Source of the DNA: Candidatus Woesearchaeota archaeon UBA153 | GTDB lineage: Archaea; Nanobdellota; Nanobdellia; Woesearchaeales; UBA525 | DNA length: 64,000 nt | NCBI GenBank assembly: GCA_002503705.1 | Contig: DASH01000042.1 | Location: 25,950 to 89,949, forward strand | Direction: 5' to 3' | Shown: piece after piece, positions 46,983-56,917 of the stretch | Layout of the letters: each line of letters begins with the position of its first letter | How positions within the stretch are numbered: the first letter of the stretch is position 1 | Notes under the pieces: model-generated | Told to the model about the DNA's origin: nothing | Databases searched by the model: none | Seen by the model: only the letters and a program-made list of their open reading frames with translations | Made by a program: the position numbers and the translations under genes

Positions 46983-47754
46983 AACTGAACGGGAGGACGG
47001 GACATTTTTTGTTCTGTCCGGTGGCGAGGGACTCGCGGTATTCCGGAAAGGTGACGATGTCGCCCAAGCCTTTCTTCTCTTCCGAGGCCGCTCCCGGCCA
47101 GATTTTCATGCGTACGTAGTCGAAGCCGATCTGGATGACGTTCTGGAATGGAAAGAGCGCTCGGAAGATCGCGGGCGCTTCTTTGTCGATGCAGTTCCTC
47201 TCCACTGGAAGGAACGCGTACGCTCCTCGTTGTTCTTTCACGAACATGGCGAGGTAGTCGTGCCATCGCGTTCCTTTCCGTCGGATCTCCTCGCAGGTGA
47301 CGTGCGCGCTGCCGAGCTCGCGCGCGAGCGCGGTGCCGTCTTCGTGCGTCCACTCGAAAGAGAACTTGCTCTTGAGATGTTCTTCCAGCCATGGTTCGAG
47401 CAGTCCGTGATCGAGGAGGAGGCTGTACTGTTGGCCGACGTACGCGTGCAGGTCGTATGTCGTGTTGCGGCGTAACGCGATCCCTCCCTCGACGCTGTAG
47501 AAGAGGATGTCCGCGACAGTCTCTTCGAGATCTTTGTTCGTCGGGAGTTCTCGGGCTTCGCCACCGTGCTTCGCTGCTGGTTCGATGATGCGCGCGTTCT
47601 GGCCGAAACCGTGGATGACGAGACGTCGGACGTTTTCGCGACCGAAGTGTTCGCGTATGGCGCGATACCAGGTGATCGCTTCGGGCGAGAGGTCGGCGTG
47701 GTAGAGGAGGTTGACGCGTGGCGGGTTCTCTTCTCCAGAGACGACAGTGCCCAT
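46966..47754 (-). CDS. hypothetical protein
   Basis: 262-aa ORF with coding-like composition; no recognised motif. Confidence 0.4.
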   Translation of the reverse strand: MGTVVSGEENPPRVNLLYHADLSPEAITWYRAIREHFGRENVRRLVIHGFGQNARIIEPAAKHGGEARELPTNKDLEETVADILFYSVEGGIALRRNTTYDLHAYVGQQYSLLLDHGLLEPWLEEHLKSKFSFEWTHEDGTALARELGSAHVTCEEIRRKGTRWHDYLAMFVKEQRGAYAFLPVERNCIDKEAPAIFRALFPFQNVIQIGFDYVRMKIWPGAASEEKKGLGDIVTFPEYRESLATGQNKKCPVLPFSSRPSR

Positions 47755-47844
47755 GTTACCACTTGTGAATGAGTATTGATTTATATCTCTTTCGTCTCCC
47801 GACTTCCCGCAACCCTTTTAAGTGTTGCGCTCTCCTCGCAGAGG

Positions 47845-48879
47845 ATGGGCGTCGCGATCACCGAACTCCTCGAAGGCAAGGAGATATCCATCGAAGACTT
47901 GCGCGGCAAGATCCTCGCCGTCGACGCGTTCAACATGCTCTACCAGTTCCTCACGACGATCAGGATGCAGGACGGCACGCCGTTGCGCGACAGCAAGGGC
48001 AACGTGACGAGCCACCTCATCGGCCTCTTCTCGAGGACGACGGCGTTGATGGCGGACGGCGTCAAGCTCGCCTTCGTCTTCGACGGGGAGCCGCCAGCGT
48101 TGAAGAAAAAAGAACGGGAACGCCGCGCCGCCGTAAAAGCAGAAGCCCTCCTGCATCTGAAGAGCGCGGAAGCGCGCGAAGACGTCGCGGAGATGAAGAA
48201 ATACGCCGGACGCACCGCCACCCTCTCCCCCGAGATGGTCGACGAGGCGAAACAACTCCTGCGCGCGCTCGGCATCCCCGTCCTCCAGGCGCCGAGCGAA
48301 GGAGAAGCGCAAGCGGCGCACGTCTGCGCGAGAGGCGACGCGTACGCCGTCGTTTCGCAGGACGCGGACAGCTTCCTCTTCGGCGCGCCGCGCGTCGTGA
48401 AGAACCTCAACCTTTCGGGCAAGCGGAAGAAGACGAGCGCGCTCGCGTACGAGACCATCCATCCAGAACTCCTGAGCCTCGACGACAGCCTGAAAGCGCT
48501 CAACCTGACGCGCGACCAGCTCATCGTCCTCGCGCTCCTCGTCGGCACCGACTACAATCGGGAAGGCATCCGCGGCATCGGGCCGAAGAAAGCCCTCAAG
48601 CTCTTGGAAGCGCACGGCGCTGACTTTGCCGCGCTCTTCGACGCGGTCTCGTGGAGCGAACACTACCCGGACTTGCCGTGGAAGGTCCTGGTCGAAACAT
48701 TCAAAAAGATGCCGGTCACGGACGAGTACGCGCTCTCCTGGGCGAAACCGGACGCGGCCGCGTTGCGCGAACTCCTCGTCGTCCAGCACGACTTCAGCGA
48801 GGAACGAGTCGCCGCCGCGCTCGCCAAGCTCGGCGCGAGCGCCGCGGCGCAACAGCGAGGTCTCGGAGAGTTCCTGTAA
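47845..48879 (+). CDS. fen: flap endonuclease FEN-1
   Basis: MGV start, XPG-N (LAVDAFNMLYQF) and XPG-I (GEAQAA) plus H3TH motifs. Confidence 0.85.
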   Translation: MGVAITELLEGKEISIEDLRGKILAVDAFNMLYQFLTTIRMQDGTPLRDSKGNVTSHLIGLFSRTTALMADGVKLAFVFDGEPPALKKKERERRAAVKAEALLHLKSAEAREDVAEMKKYAGRTATLSPEMVDEAKQLLRALGIPVLQAPSEGEAQAAHVCARGDAYAVVSQDADSFLFGAPRVVKNLNLSGKRKKTSALAYETIHPELLSLDDSLKALNLTRDQLIVLALLVGTDYNREGIRGIGPKKALKLLEAHGADFAALFDAVSWSEHYPDLPWKVLVETFKKMPVTDEYALSWAKPDAAALRELLVVQHDFSEERVAAALAKLGASAAAQQRGLGEFL

Positions 48880-48896
48880 GAACGGTGTCGTACGAA

Positions 48897-49793
48897 ATGC
48901 ACTCGTGGATCGTCTTCAGCATCATCTCGGCGCTCCTCGTCGCCGCCACCTCGATTCTCGAGAAGCAGATGCTGCTGGAGAAGCACGCGATGCAGTTCTC
49001 CGCCTCCCTCGCCGTCGTCAACGCGCTCCTCACCGCGCCCTTCCTCTTCTTCGTCGAGTGGGAGCGCATCACGCCCTCCCTCTTCGCCTTCCTCTTCATC
49101 CTCGCGGTCATCCTCGCGACCGGCTTCTTCTTCACCGCGCGCGGCGTCCGGCACTCGCCCCTCTCCATCTCCGCCCCGCTCATCTCCCTCAAACCAGCGG
49201 TCACGGCGATCATCGCGTTCCTCCTCCTCGGCGAGTCGCTCTCCCTCCTTGCCGTCCTCGGCCTCCTCCTCATCGTCGTCGGCGTCGCGGTGCTCGAACA
49301 CCATCACGGCGTCACCTTCCTCCGCGACCTGCGCGAGATTGCCAGCGCAGTCCACGTCCGCTACCTCGTCGGCGCGCTCCTCCTCTTCGGCGCGTGCATG
49401 GTGGGCGAGCGCTACCTCTTCGCGCCCCTCGCGTCCGGCGGCCTCGCGTTCCCCGTCCTCCACTACCTCGCCATCGTCAACGTCCTGGCCGCGATCATCT
49501 CAATGCTCTACCTCGCCTTCTTCCACCACGCGTGGCGCGACCTGAAATCCTGCCTCTCCTCCTCCTGGCTGCCCATCGTCATCATCGGACTCTTGACGGT
49601 CGCGATGCGGCTGAGCCACGGGTTCGCCCTCTCGTTCCCGAACGGCAAGGCGGGCCTCGTCTCGAGCATCAAGTACACGGCGGCGATCTTCATCACGTTC
49701 GTCGGCGGCGAGCTCTTCCACGAAGAGCACGTCTGGCGGCGGCTCGCCGCCTCGGCGTTCATCGTCGTCGGCGTCGTCCTCATCATCCTCTGA
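48897..49793 (+). CDS. EamA/DMT-family transporter
   Basis: 10 TM, duplicated EamA halves; start chosen at MHSWIVF. Confidence 0.65.
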   Translation: MHSWIVFSIISALLVAATSILEKQMLLEKHAMQFSASLAVVNALLTAPFLFFVEWERITPSLFAFLFILAVILATGFFFTARGVRHSPLSISAPLISLKPAVTAIIAFLLLGESLSLLAVLGLLLIVVGVAVLEHHHGVTFLRDLREIASAVHVRYLVGALLLFGACMVGERYLFAPLASGGLAFPVLHYLAIVNVLAAIISMLYLAFFHHAWRDLKSCLSSSWLPIVIIGLLTVAMRLSHGFALSFPNGKAGLVSSIKYTAAIFITFVGGELFHEEHVWRRLAASAFIVVGVVLIIL

Positions 49794-49838
49794 GACGACA
49801 GGCAACTTTTTAACTTCCGTCATTTCCCTCTCGTCGTC

Positions 49839-50861
49839 ATGGTCCTGTGCGCGAAAGCGAAACTCTCGGATGCGCAACGCGTGAAGCGCGAGCTCGTCGA
49901 GCACCACGCCGGCTTGGATGGTTGGCGCTCCGTGAAGGACGCGACGCACATCTACTATCCTGTCGCGAAGAAGTTCCCGACGGCACACGCGACGTTCGTC
50001 GAGCATGACGCGCGTGCGGTCCCGAACAAAGGCGACTTGAAAGAGCGGTTGCGCGGCGCGTTGACCGACGAGGAGCTTTCACGGCTCGCGAAGAGCTACG
50101 ACCTCGTCGGCACGATCGCCATCATCGAGATTGACCCGTCGCTCGAGGCGAAAGAGCGCGTCATCGCGGCAGCAGTCCTCGAGAAGAACCCTGCCGTGAC
50201 GACGGTGGTGAAGAAAGGCGGCGGCCACGAGGGCGAACTGCGCTTGCAGCGCACCGTCTTCCTCGCGGGCGAGGAGACGCGCGAGACGATCGTGACGGAG
50301 AACGGCGTCAGGCTGCGGGTCAACGTCGACGAGGTGTACTATTCCGTCCGGACCGCGTCGGAACGGTTGCGCGTCGCCGAGCAGGTGCGCGCGGGCGAGC
50401 GCGTCCTCGTCATGTTCTCGGGCGTCGCGCCGTACTGCGTCGTCATCGCGAAGCGGACGAAGGCCGCCGAGGTCGTCGGCATCGAGTTGAATGAAAAAGG
50501 CCACGCGCTCGGCGTCGAGAACGTCCGGCTGAACAAGCTGAAGAACGTCGTGCTCATCAACGATGACGTCCGGCACGCCGCGCCCGTCCTCGCGGAACGA
50601 GGAATTTCATTCGACAGGATTGTCATGCCCTTGCCGCACACCGGCAGCGACTTCCTCGATGAGGCGTTCGCCGTGTCGCATCCCGGGACGATGATTCATT
50701 TGTACGACTTCGAGAAGGAAGGCGAGTTCGACCAGGCGGCCGCGAAGGCCGAGGCCGGCGCCCAGCGGAACAAACGTCAGATTAAAATCTTGCGCGTCGT
50801 CGCGTGCGGCCAGCACTCCCCGCGGCTCTACCGCGTCTGCGCGGACTTCGAAGTCCTGTGA
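49839..50861 (+). CDS. trm5: Trm5/Taw2-like (Met-10+) SAM-dependent tRNA methyltransferase
   Basis: VLVMFSGVAPY and NDDVR class I MTase motifs in Trm5 arrangement. Confidence 0.7.
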   Translation: MVLCAKAKLSDAQRVKRELVEHHAGLDGWRSVKDATHIYYPVAKKFPTAHATFVEHDARAVPNKGDLKERLRGALTDEELSRLAKSYDLVGTIAIIEIDPSLEAKERVIAAAVLEKNPAVTTVVKKGGGHEGELRLQRTVFLAGEETRETIVTENGVRLRVNVDEVYYSVRTASERLRVAEQVRAGERVLVMFSGVAPYCVVIAKRTKAAEVVGIELNEKGHALGVENVRLNKLKNVVLINDDVRHAAPVLAERGISFDRIVMPLPHTGSDFLDEAFAVSHPGTMIHLYDFEKEGEFDQAAAKAEAGAQRNKRQIKILRVVACGQHSPRLYRVCADFEVL

Positions 50862-51547
50862 GAGTTCTCTTCGCCCTCGTCCTCGCGTTGCCACCGCGAG
50901 AGCTCCTTCTTCGCCGCCTCAATGTCTCTCTTCGAGTACTTGCCGCTCTTCACGAACGCGTCGTACTCTTCCCGAGAGACCTTGCCGTCCTTGAGCATCT
51001 TGCGTAGCTCGCGCTTCGCCTCGTCGGAGATCTGCAGCGACTCGACCTTCCCCGTACGGACTTCGCGGAGGTACTTCTCAATCTTCCGCTGCAAGAAATC
51101 AAGATTCGCTTCGTCCAGGTGGCCTTTTGCGTACTCCTGTTCGAGTTTCTTCTGCAGCAAGAGAAGTTTCGCTTCGCTCTTCGACGGCGCGTCGTCGTAC
51201 TCGGCGTGCGCGTCGTTAATCTCCTTCAAGTACCCGCCGACCTTGTTGCGTCGGCGATGGTTGAGCCACCAGCCGACTACGGCGCCGAGGATTGCGATGA
51301 TGCCGATAATCGCGCCAACCATGTCCCAATTCGTGTCGCTCGACGTCCCTCCCGATCCCGTGTTGTTGATGACGATCGGCGTCACGCCGATCGGCGTCGG
51401 AAAAGTTTCCGTTCCGGCGTTCGTCTCCGGCTTCTCTTTTCCCGGTGGCGTCGTCGGCTTCGCCGCGAGCGTGAACGCGAGGACGAGAAGCATGATGGCG
51501 AGAAGAGCGAGGAGTGTGACGATACGGCGGACTGTTTTGCGCGTCAT
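50828..51547 (-). CDS. bitopic membrane protein with Thr/Gly-rich ectodomain and cytoplasmic SHOCT-like coiled-coil C-terminus
   Basis: GGAGG-ATG at 51547; two TM; KVSREEYDAFVKSG SHOCT-like motif. Confidence 0.5.
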   Translation of the reverse strand: MTRKTVRRIVTLLALLAIMLLVLAFTLAAKPTTPPGKEKPETNAGTETFPTPIGVTPIVINNTGSGGTSSDTNWDMVGAIIGIIAILGAVVGWWLNHRRRNKVGGYLKEINDAHAEYDDAPSKSEAKLLLLQKKLEQEYAKGHLDEANLDFLQRKIEKYLREVRTGKVESLQISDEAKRELRKMLKDGKVSREEYDAFVKSGKYSKRDIEAAKKELSRWQREDEGEENSHRTSKSAQTR

Positions 51548-51589
51548 GCCTCCCTTCAAGAATTCGCGATTTAAAATTGTTCTGGAAAA

Positions 51590-51740
51590 GGCGACGTTCC
51601 GGGGCCGAACCCCGCATCCCGCGGACTGAACGCTCGCGCTCTGAACCCCGTCGTGGCCGTTCCCCGCGTTCTGTATCCTGTTCGTTCCGCTCCCCGCGTT
51701 CCGAACCCAGTAGGTAAGTCGCCCCGCTCGGCAGTTACTC
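51590..51740. repeat. four degenerate about 30-bp direct repeats (minus-strand reading GGGTTCRGAACGCGGGGA-like)
   Basis: Visible as GF(G/R)TRG peptide repeats in ORF 51571-51753. Confidence 0.45.
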
Positions 51741-51813
51741 CACCAGCCATCATCCCCGAAGGGCGTGGCTCGGGTGTTCACCTCCTCATCGCGGGGCGAA
51801 GTTGCGGAACGCG

Positions 51814-51829
51814 AAAGCCTATAAAAAAC
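51814..51829 (+). promoter_or_regulatory. TATA-like box (GAAAGCCTATAAAAAAC)
   Basis: Second promoter-like box 180 nt upstream of pan. Confidence 0.35.
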
Positions 51830-51870
51830 TACTTGCCCCTCTGCGGCGTCACTCTCGGTGAGCCGCTCTC

Positions 51871-51935
51871 CGTTTTTCCTCTTCGCTCCTCGTTTTTCCT
51901 CACTCCCTTGTTTTTCCTCGCCACCCCCTTTTTCC
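51871..51935. repeat. three copies of CGTTTTTCCTC in tandem degenerate 19-bp units
   Basis: Direct reading. Confidence 0.5.
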
Positions 51936-51949
51936 CGTCGTTTTCGACT

Positions 51950-51964
51950 AAAGATTTATATACC
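51950..51964 (+). promoter_or_regulatory. BRE/TATA (AAAGATTTATATACC) for pan
   Basis: About 35 nt upstream of ATG 51997. Confidence 0.5.
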
Positions 51965-51996
51965 TCCGGTCCGTTTCTCTGGCCTCTTCCGAGGGT

Positions 51997-53154
51997 ATGA
52001 TGGTGAAAGAGGAGCTCGATAAGGCGGTCTATTCCTACAGTTCGACAAGCGAGAGCAACGAGCTGGAGGAGGAGAACAAGCTCTTGCGCGAGACCGTCGA
52101 CCAGTTGCGCAACGAGGTCGAGAAGTTCAAACGGCCCGCCTTGCTCGTCGCGGAGGTCGGCGACGTCGTCTGGAAGCACGAGCGCCGTTACATCGTCATC
52201 AAGGTGCCGAACGGGAACATGTTCTACGTCGAAGTCGCGGATGGCATCGGCGACTTGGTGCCGGGCGAGAGCGTCCTCGTCGAGCAGAAGAACCTGACGG
52301 TCGTCGAGAAAGTCTCGAGCACGAAGCGCTTCCCCGTCGAGCAGTTCGTCATCCTCGAGAAACCGACGGTCACGTGGCAGGAAGTCGGCGGCTTGCAGCA
52401 GCAGATCGAGGAGTTGAAAGAGGTCATCGAGTTGCCGCTCAAGAGTCCTGAGTTGTTCAAGAAGGTCGGCATCACGCCGCCGAAAGGGATCTTGCTGTAC
52501 GGCCCTCCCGGTACGGGGAAGACGCTGCTCGCGAAAGCGGTCGCGCACAGCACGAACAGCACGTTCATCGAAGTCGTCGGCTCGGAGTTGGTGCAGAAGT
52601 TCATCGGCGAGGGCGCGAAGCTCGTCAAGGAGATCTTCCAGCTCGCGCGCGACAAGGCGCCGTCCATCATCTTCATCGACGAGCTCGACGCGCTCGCGTC
52701 GAAACGCGTCGACATGGGCACTTCGGGAGAGCGCGAGGTGCAGCGCACGTTCATGCAGTTGCTCGCGGAGATTGACGGCTTCAAGAGTCTCGGCAACGTC
52801 AAGCTCATCGGGTGTACCAATCGTCGGGACATTCTCGACGAGGCGGTCATCCGTCCGGGACGCTTGGACCGTCTGATTGAGGTGCCGCACCCGTCGAAGG
52901 AGGGCTTGCGGGAGATCTTCAAGATCCACACGCGTACCATGAAATTGGAGCGGAAGGCGGACACGGAGAAGATTCTCGACAAGATGGTGAACTTCAGCGG
53001 CGCGGAGGTCAAGGCGGCGGTGACTGAAGCCGGTTATTTCGCCATCCGCGCGAACCGCACCATCGTCAAAGAGTCGGATTTCTTCAAGGCGATCGTCAAG
53101 GTGCGTCGTTCGGAAGAGAATGAAGGCAAGGACTACATCGGGATGTTCGGGTAG
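51997..53154 (+). CDS. pan: proteasome-activating nucleotidase PAN (AAA+ ATPase)
   Basis: N-terminal coiled coil, GPPGTGKT Walker A, DELD Walker B, SRS region. Confidence 0.9.
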   Translation: MMVKEELDKAVYSYSSTSESNELEEENKLLRETVDQLRNEVEKFKRPALLVAEVGDVVWKHERRYIVIKVPNGNMFYVEVADGIGDLVPGESVLVEQKNLTVVEKVSSTKRFPVEQFVILEKPTVTWQEVGGLQQQIEELKEVIELPLKSPELFKKVGITPPKGILLYGPPGTGKTLLAKAVAHSTNSTFIEVVGSELVQKFIGEGAKLVKEIFQLARDKAPSIIFIDELDALASKRVDMGTSGEREVQRTFMQLLAEIDGFKSLGNVKLIGCTNRRDILDEAVIRPGRLDRLIEVPHPSKEGLREIFKIHTRTMKLERKADTEKILDKMVNFSGAEVKAAVTEAGYFAIRANRTIVKESDFFKAIVKVRRSEENEGKDYIGMFG

Positions 53155-53241
53155 AACGCTCTTTCTCTCGTCTTCGGAACGAAAAGATTTAAATATCCGG
53201 CCTGCGTCGGCTCCGTTATCAAAATCGCGTGGTGATTCATC

Positions 53242-53505
53242 ATGGGTGAAGAGGAGAAGAAGCTCTCGCGTCAAATCATCGGGAAGACCGTCGTGAGCAA
53301 GACGGGCAAGCGCTTCGGCGAGGTCGGCGATGTCATCTTCGAGACGAGCAGCGGCGAGTTGATCCACATCGTCTTGCGCAACCCGACGCCGTACACGGAG
53401 AAGCTCGACCTGGAACGCTCCAAGGACGGCGAGCAGTTGATCCCGTTCTCGGCTGTCATGGCGATGGGCGACTTCCTCGTCGTGGCTGAAGAGGATATCG
53501 TGTAA
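53242..53505 (+). CDS. PRC-barrel domain protein
   Basis: 87 aa, IGKTVVSKTGKRFGEVGDVIFE PRC-barrel pattern. Confidence 0.6.
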   Translation: MGEEEKKLSRQIIGKTVVSKTGKRFGEVGDVIFETSSGELIHIVLRNPTPYTEKLDLERSKDGEQLIPFSAVMAMGDFLVVAEEDIV

Positions 53506-53625
53506 AAGTTCTTTTTTTTGGAAATAATATTTTCTATATAGAACATATTTCTCTTCGACGGAAACGAAAGCTTTAAATATGATATAATCACTACCCGGTA
53601 ATAACATAATTGCGGGGTACTCCTC

Positions 53626-53994
53626 ATGAAGAAATTCCTCCTGTGCGCAATGCTCGTGCTCGCCGCGCTCATCGCGCTCCCGAGCGTCCTCTCGTACGGC
53701 TACTACGGCTACGCCTACCCGAACCAGCAATACTGGAACGCCGAGACGCGCATGGGCGCGTACGGCAGCTCGTTCGGCTACGCGCAAGGCATGTACGACT
53801 ACGTCAGTCCCCCGATCGCGCTCACCGGCCTCGGCCACCAATACTCCGTGAGCAATGTCCGCGACGCGGTCTACCCGCAATACCCGGTCACGCACTTCTC
53901 GAACGCCTACCGGCCGTATTACGGCTACCCGTACCGCAGCTACGGCAACCCCGCGTGGGAAGCCTACCGCTGGGGCACGTGGAACGCGCGCTGA
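53626..53994 (+). CDS. small secreted Tyr/Gly-rich protein
   Basis: Signal peptide MKKFLLCAMLVLAALIALPSVLS; 20 Tyr in 100 mature residues; strong AT-rich promoter upstream. Confidence 0.5.
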   Translation: MKKFLLCAMLVLAALIALPSVLSYGYYGYAYPNQQYWNAETRMGAYGSSFGYAQGMYDYVSPPIALTGLGHQYSVSNVRDAVYPQYPVTHFSNAYRPYYGYPYRSYGNPAWEAYRWGTWNAR

Positions 53995-54059
53995 GACGTG
54001 AACGAAAATTTTTTCTTTACTCTCCTCTTCACTCTCCTTCAACCCGACAGTGAAAGCTC

Positions 54060-54551
54060 ATGAACGACCACCCAGCAACGGAATCGCCGATTCGATGGTA
54101 TGACGTGAACGGGTTTGTCAAGACCGGTATCTTCTCTGCATCCGGGCTCTCCGTCATCCAACTCTACCTCGACCCGAAAGGAACAGCGCGGCCGTTCCTC
54201 GGCATCGGGATGGGCGCGTTGAAGAACGGCTTCCTGCTTGAGCAGATGCTCAACGACCCCTTCCTCAACCCAGCACGGCAACGTCCCGAGATGCTCCGCT
54301 TTCGTGACGGCCACACGCACCCGAGTCGTTTCGGCTCGTGGTACTACGCGCCCGGCATGGGCACGATAACGATTCTCGGCGAGAAGATACAGAAAATACT
54401 CTTGAACGGTGAGAGTCTCGACTACGCGGCTGGCATCGACGCCCAACACCTCGAGAAGCTCTCCTGCTTCTTACCGGGGTACGAGGTCAGTCGTCCTCGA
54501 GACACGCTGACGCTCTTCCTCGTCCCGAAACCGCGCGCTCTCGAGCGATGA
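54060..54551 (+). CDS. hypothetical protein
   Basis: 163-aa ORF, coding-like composition. Confidence 0.4.
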   Translation: MNDHPATESPIRWYDVNGFVKTGIFSASGLSVIQLYLDPKGTARPFLGIGMGALKNGFLLEQMLNDPFLNPARQRPEMLRFRDGHTHPSRFGSWYYAPGMGTITILGEKIQKILLNGESLDYAAGIDAQHLEKLSCFLPGYEVSRPRDTLTLFLVPKPRALER

Positions 54552-54631
54552 TCGTTCGTGACCTCTTCAGGCGAAGCGCGGCCAGCGTTTCCACGCGCTT
54601 GGTCCTCGCGCGACAGCGTCTTCAGAATTGC

Positions 54632-55597
54632 TCATCGTTGCAACGTCAGCGTGAAGCTCGCGAGCAACGCTTCCAGTTGGAGGTACTCGTCAGCGCCTTC
54701 CACCATGCGGAACTCCGCTTCGCCGCACGACTTCACCAGTTCGAGCTTCTTGCGGTCGTCGACGCCGGACAATTGCCAGCACGCGGCTTGCAACTGCTTG
54801 ATGATGTCCGTGCCGCTCAAGCCGTACTCGAGCATGACGGTGAGCAGGATTTTCTTCGCGCCGGGGAAGTCTCCCTGCTTCGCGTGCTCCAAGAGCTGCG
54901 CGACCTCTTTCGGCTTCGCGTAGCTCGCGATGGAGTAGACGACGTCTTCCGTGATCTTCTTCTCTAAAGCTGCGCACGCTTGCAGCAGGTTCTCGACGCG
55001 GCGCACGTCGCCGTTGCTGACGAGGAATAACGCTTCTTCCGCTTTCGCGTCCACGTGGAGGCCTTCGTCTTTCGCGATCTTCTCGATGATGTGCGCGATC
55101 TCCTCGCGCGCCAACGGCTTGAACCGGAAGACGGTGCATCTGCTCTGGATCGGGTCGATGATCTTGCTGCTGTAGTTGCAGCTGAGGATGAAACGACAGG
55201 TTTGCGTGTAGTTCTCCATCGTGCGGCGCAACGCTTGCTGCGCCTCTTTCGTTAAGGCGTCGCACTCGTCGAGGTAGATGATCTTGAACGGCACGTCGCC
55301 GATCGCTCTCGTGCGCGCGAAGTCCTTGACTTTGTTCCTGACGACGTCGATGCCGCGCTCGTCGCTCGCGTTCAGCTCTAAGAAGTTGCCGCGCCACTCG
55401 TCGCCGTACATCTGCCGCGCGATGACGAGGCTCAACGTTGTCTTGCCGATGCCCGCCGGGCCCGCGAACAAGAGGTGGGGCATGTTGCCTTGCTTGACGA
55501 ACGCCTCGACCTTCGAGACGACGTCCTTCTGCCCTTTGACCTCCTTGAACGTCTTCGGCCGGTACTTCTCAGTCCAGATGCTGCTCTCCCCGATCAT
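54632..55597 (-). CDS. rfcS: replication factor C small subunit
   Basis: EKYRPK, GPAGIGKTT Walker A, DECD, SRC motif region. Confidence 0.9.
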   Translation of the reverse strand: MIGESSIWTEKYRPKTFKEVKGQKDVVSKVEAFVKQGNMPHLLFAGPAGIGKTTLSLVIARQMYGDEWRGNFLELNASDERGIDVVRNKVKDFARTRAIGDVPFKIIYLDECDALTKEAQQALRRTMENYTQTCRFILSCNYSSKIIDPIQSRCTVFRFKPLAREEIAHIIEKIAKDEGLHVDAKAEEALFLVSNGDVRRVENLLQACAALEKKITEDVVYSIASYAKPKEVAQLLEHAKQGDFPGAKKILLTVMLEYGLSGTDIIKQLQAACWQLSGVDDRKKLELVKSCGEAEFRMVEGADEYLQLEALLASFTLTLQR

Positions 55598-55688
55598 GGT
55601 TTCCCGGAATCGGCGAGAGGTTTAAAAAATGGATGGTGGACGTCCATCACATTCACGAGTCTCATTCGTGAGTTTCGCATCGCGTGGT

Positions 55689-56771
55689 TCATACGGTAAC
55701 GGTCGTCTCCGTTCGGGTTTTTCCACCACTTTGCAAATACTGTTGAATGAGTTGTAGGAATTCTTTGGAATCCGCAAAGTAATTCAGGTACGCTTTTCTC
55801 AGTTCTTCCACCGATTTCGCGCCGACGAGCACAACATCCTTGTTCGGATTACGGTTCTGCAATCTTTCAGCTTCTACGTAGTGTTCTGTGGCAATCGGTT
55901 CCTGTTCGAGCGGGTAACCTCGAATGCTGAGTTTTTCATTCCCTTCCGTCACATCGAGCTCGAGGAGGAAGAACTGGAGCTCTTTGATTTTCGGCTCTAT
56001 CGCTTTCAGAGCATCCGACCAGCCCGTCATCTTTGAGATTATCTTCAGATGACTCACTTTCTCCTTGACTCTTTCGTAAAGTTCGACGTCATCGGTCGGC
56101 GTATCGGGAACTGGTGGTTGCCCTTCCATTCTCGCGAATACCGAACTAATTAACTTGAAGAAATCTTTCCATTCTTGCTCTCCTTCGTTGGACTTGATGG
56201 CCTGGTCAGTGAATAAGTCGACGATTTCGATGGAGGTGGCCCACGCGTGCTGTATCTTCGACCTTATTTGCAACTCGACCTGTAGGCCATCGTAGGTTGT
56301 GATTTTGTCGCTTTTGTATTTGTACACTAAATGTATGCCGCGATACCCGTCATTTTTCGGTTCTTTGATATAGTCTTTTTCTCGTACGCGTTTGTGTTTG
56401 AGACCTCTGCTTTTCTTATAGACGTTGCTCAGAGCATACGCTTTTGCTACGTCCTGCATGACTGCCCTGCATCCCGCGATATCTTGCATCTGCGACAGGC
56501 TCATGGATTTTGTCTGCGTCCTCTGTAGCTTTTTCAGTATGGATGGCACTCTCTTGAGTCGTTGGACGACGAGTGCAGAACTATCGATTTTTTTTGATTC
56601 TCTTCTGAGTCTGACTTGAAAGGTATTCATGGGATAGCTATGGGACGACCGCCAATTACTGAGAATGTTCAGCGCGTTATCCGTCTGTTCTTCGGTAGAT
56701 TGCGGATCAGTTAAAATGTGCCCCGCTTTATCTACTTGTGATCTCCCGTACTCGGGTTTTGTCCAGGTCAT
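55689..56771 (-). CDS. RelA/SpoT nucleotidyltransferase-domain protein (small alarmone synthetase / toxSAS-like) with about 170-aa C-terminal domain of unknown function; low GC
   Basis: DIAGCRAV, YRGIHLV and ELQIRSKIQHAWA synthetase motifs; GC about 45% vs about 62% flanks. Confidence 0.65.
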   Translation of the reverse strand: MTWTKPEYGRSQVDKAGHILTDPQSTEEQTDNALNILSNWRSSHSYPMNTFQVRLRRESKKIDSSALVVQRLKRVPSILKKLQRTQTKSMSLSQMQDIAGCRAVMQDVAKAYALSNVYKKSRGLKHKRVREKDYIKEPKNDGYRGIHLVYKYKSDKITTYDGLQVELQIRSKIQHAWATSIEIVDLFTDQAIKSNEGEQEWKDFFKLISSVFARMEGQPPVPDTPTDDVELYERVKEKVSHLKIISKMTGWSDALKAIEPKIKELQFFLLELDVTEGNEKLSIRGYPLEQEPIATEHYVEAERLQNRNPNKDVVLVGAKSVEELRKAYLNYFADSKEFLQLIQQYLQSGGKTRTETTVTV

Positions 56772-56805
56772 GGATGAACGATGACATCAAGGCTTTATAT
56801 ATTTT

Positions 56806-56917
56806 TGCATGCGAAAGTGTTTTACGCATGCAAAGATGCACTATTTATGCATGCGTATATGGATTAGCATGCGGACTCAATCCGCATGCGATAATAATTT
56901 TCGCATGCAGGCCCTCG
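56806..56917. promoter_or_regulatory. array of six GCATGC cores (mostly CGCATGCG palindromes) spaced 17-29 bp, just upstream of RelA/SpoT-domain gene TATA (about 56790-56803)
   Basis: GCATGC at 56806, 56825, 56848, 56866, 56883, 56912. Confidence 0.5.

Noticed and set aside
48651-48896. Upstream extension of the EamA transporter ORF overlapping fen
   Set aside because: Arg-rich out-of-context sequence overlapping the fen 3' end; the hydrophobic transporter begins at MHSWIVF (48897).
51590-51740. Possible CRISPR array or tRNA in the GGGTTC-type repeats
   Set aside because: Repeats are degenerate, unequal and lack unique spacers of constant length; no cloverleaf with T-loop/acceptor pairing could be drawn.
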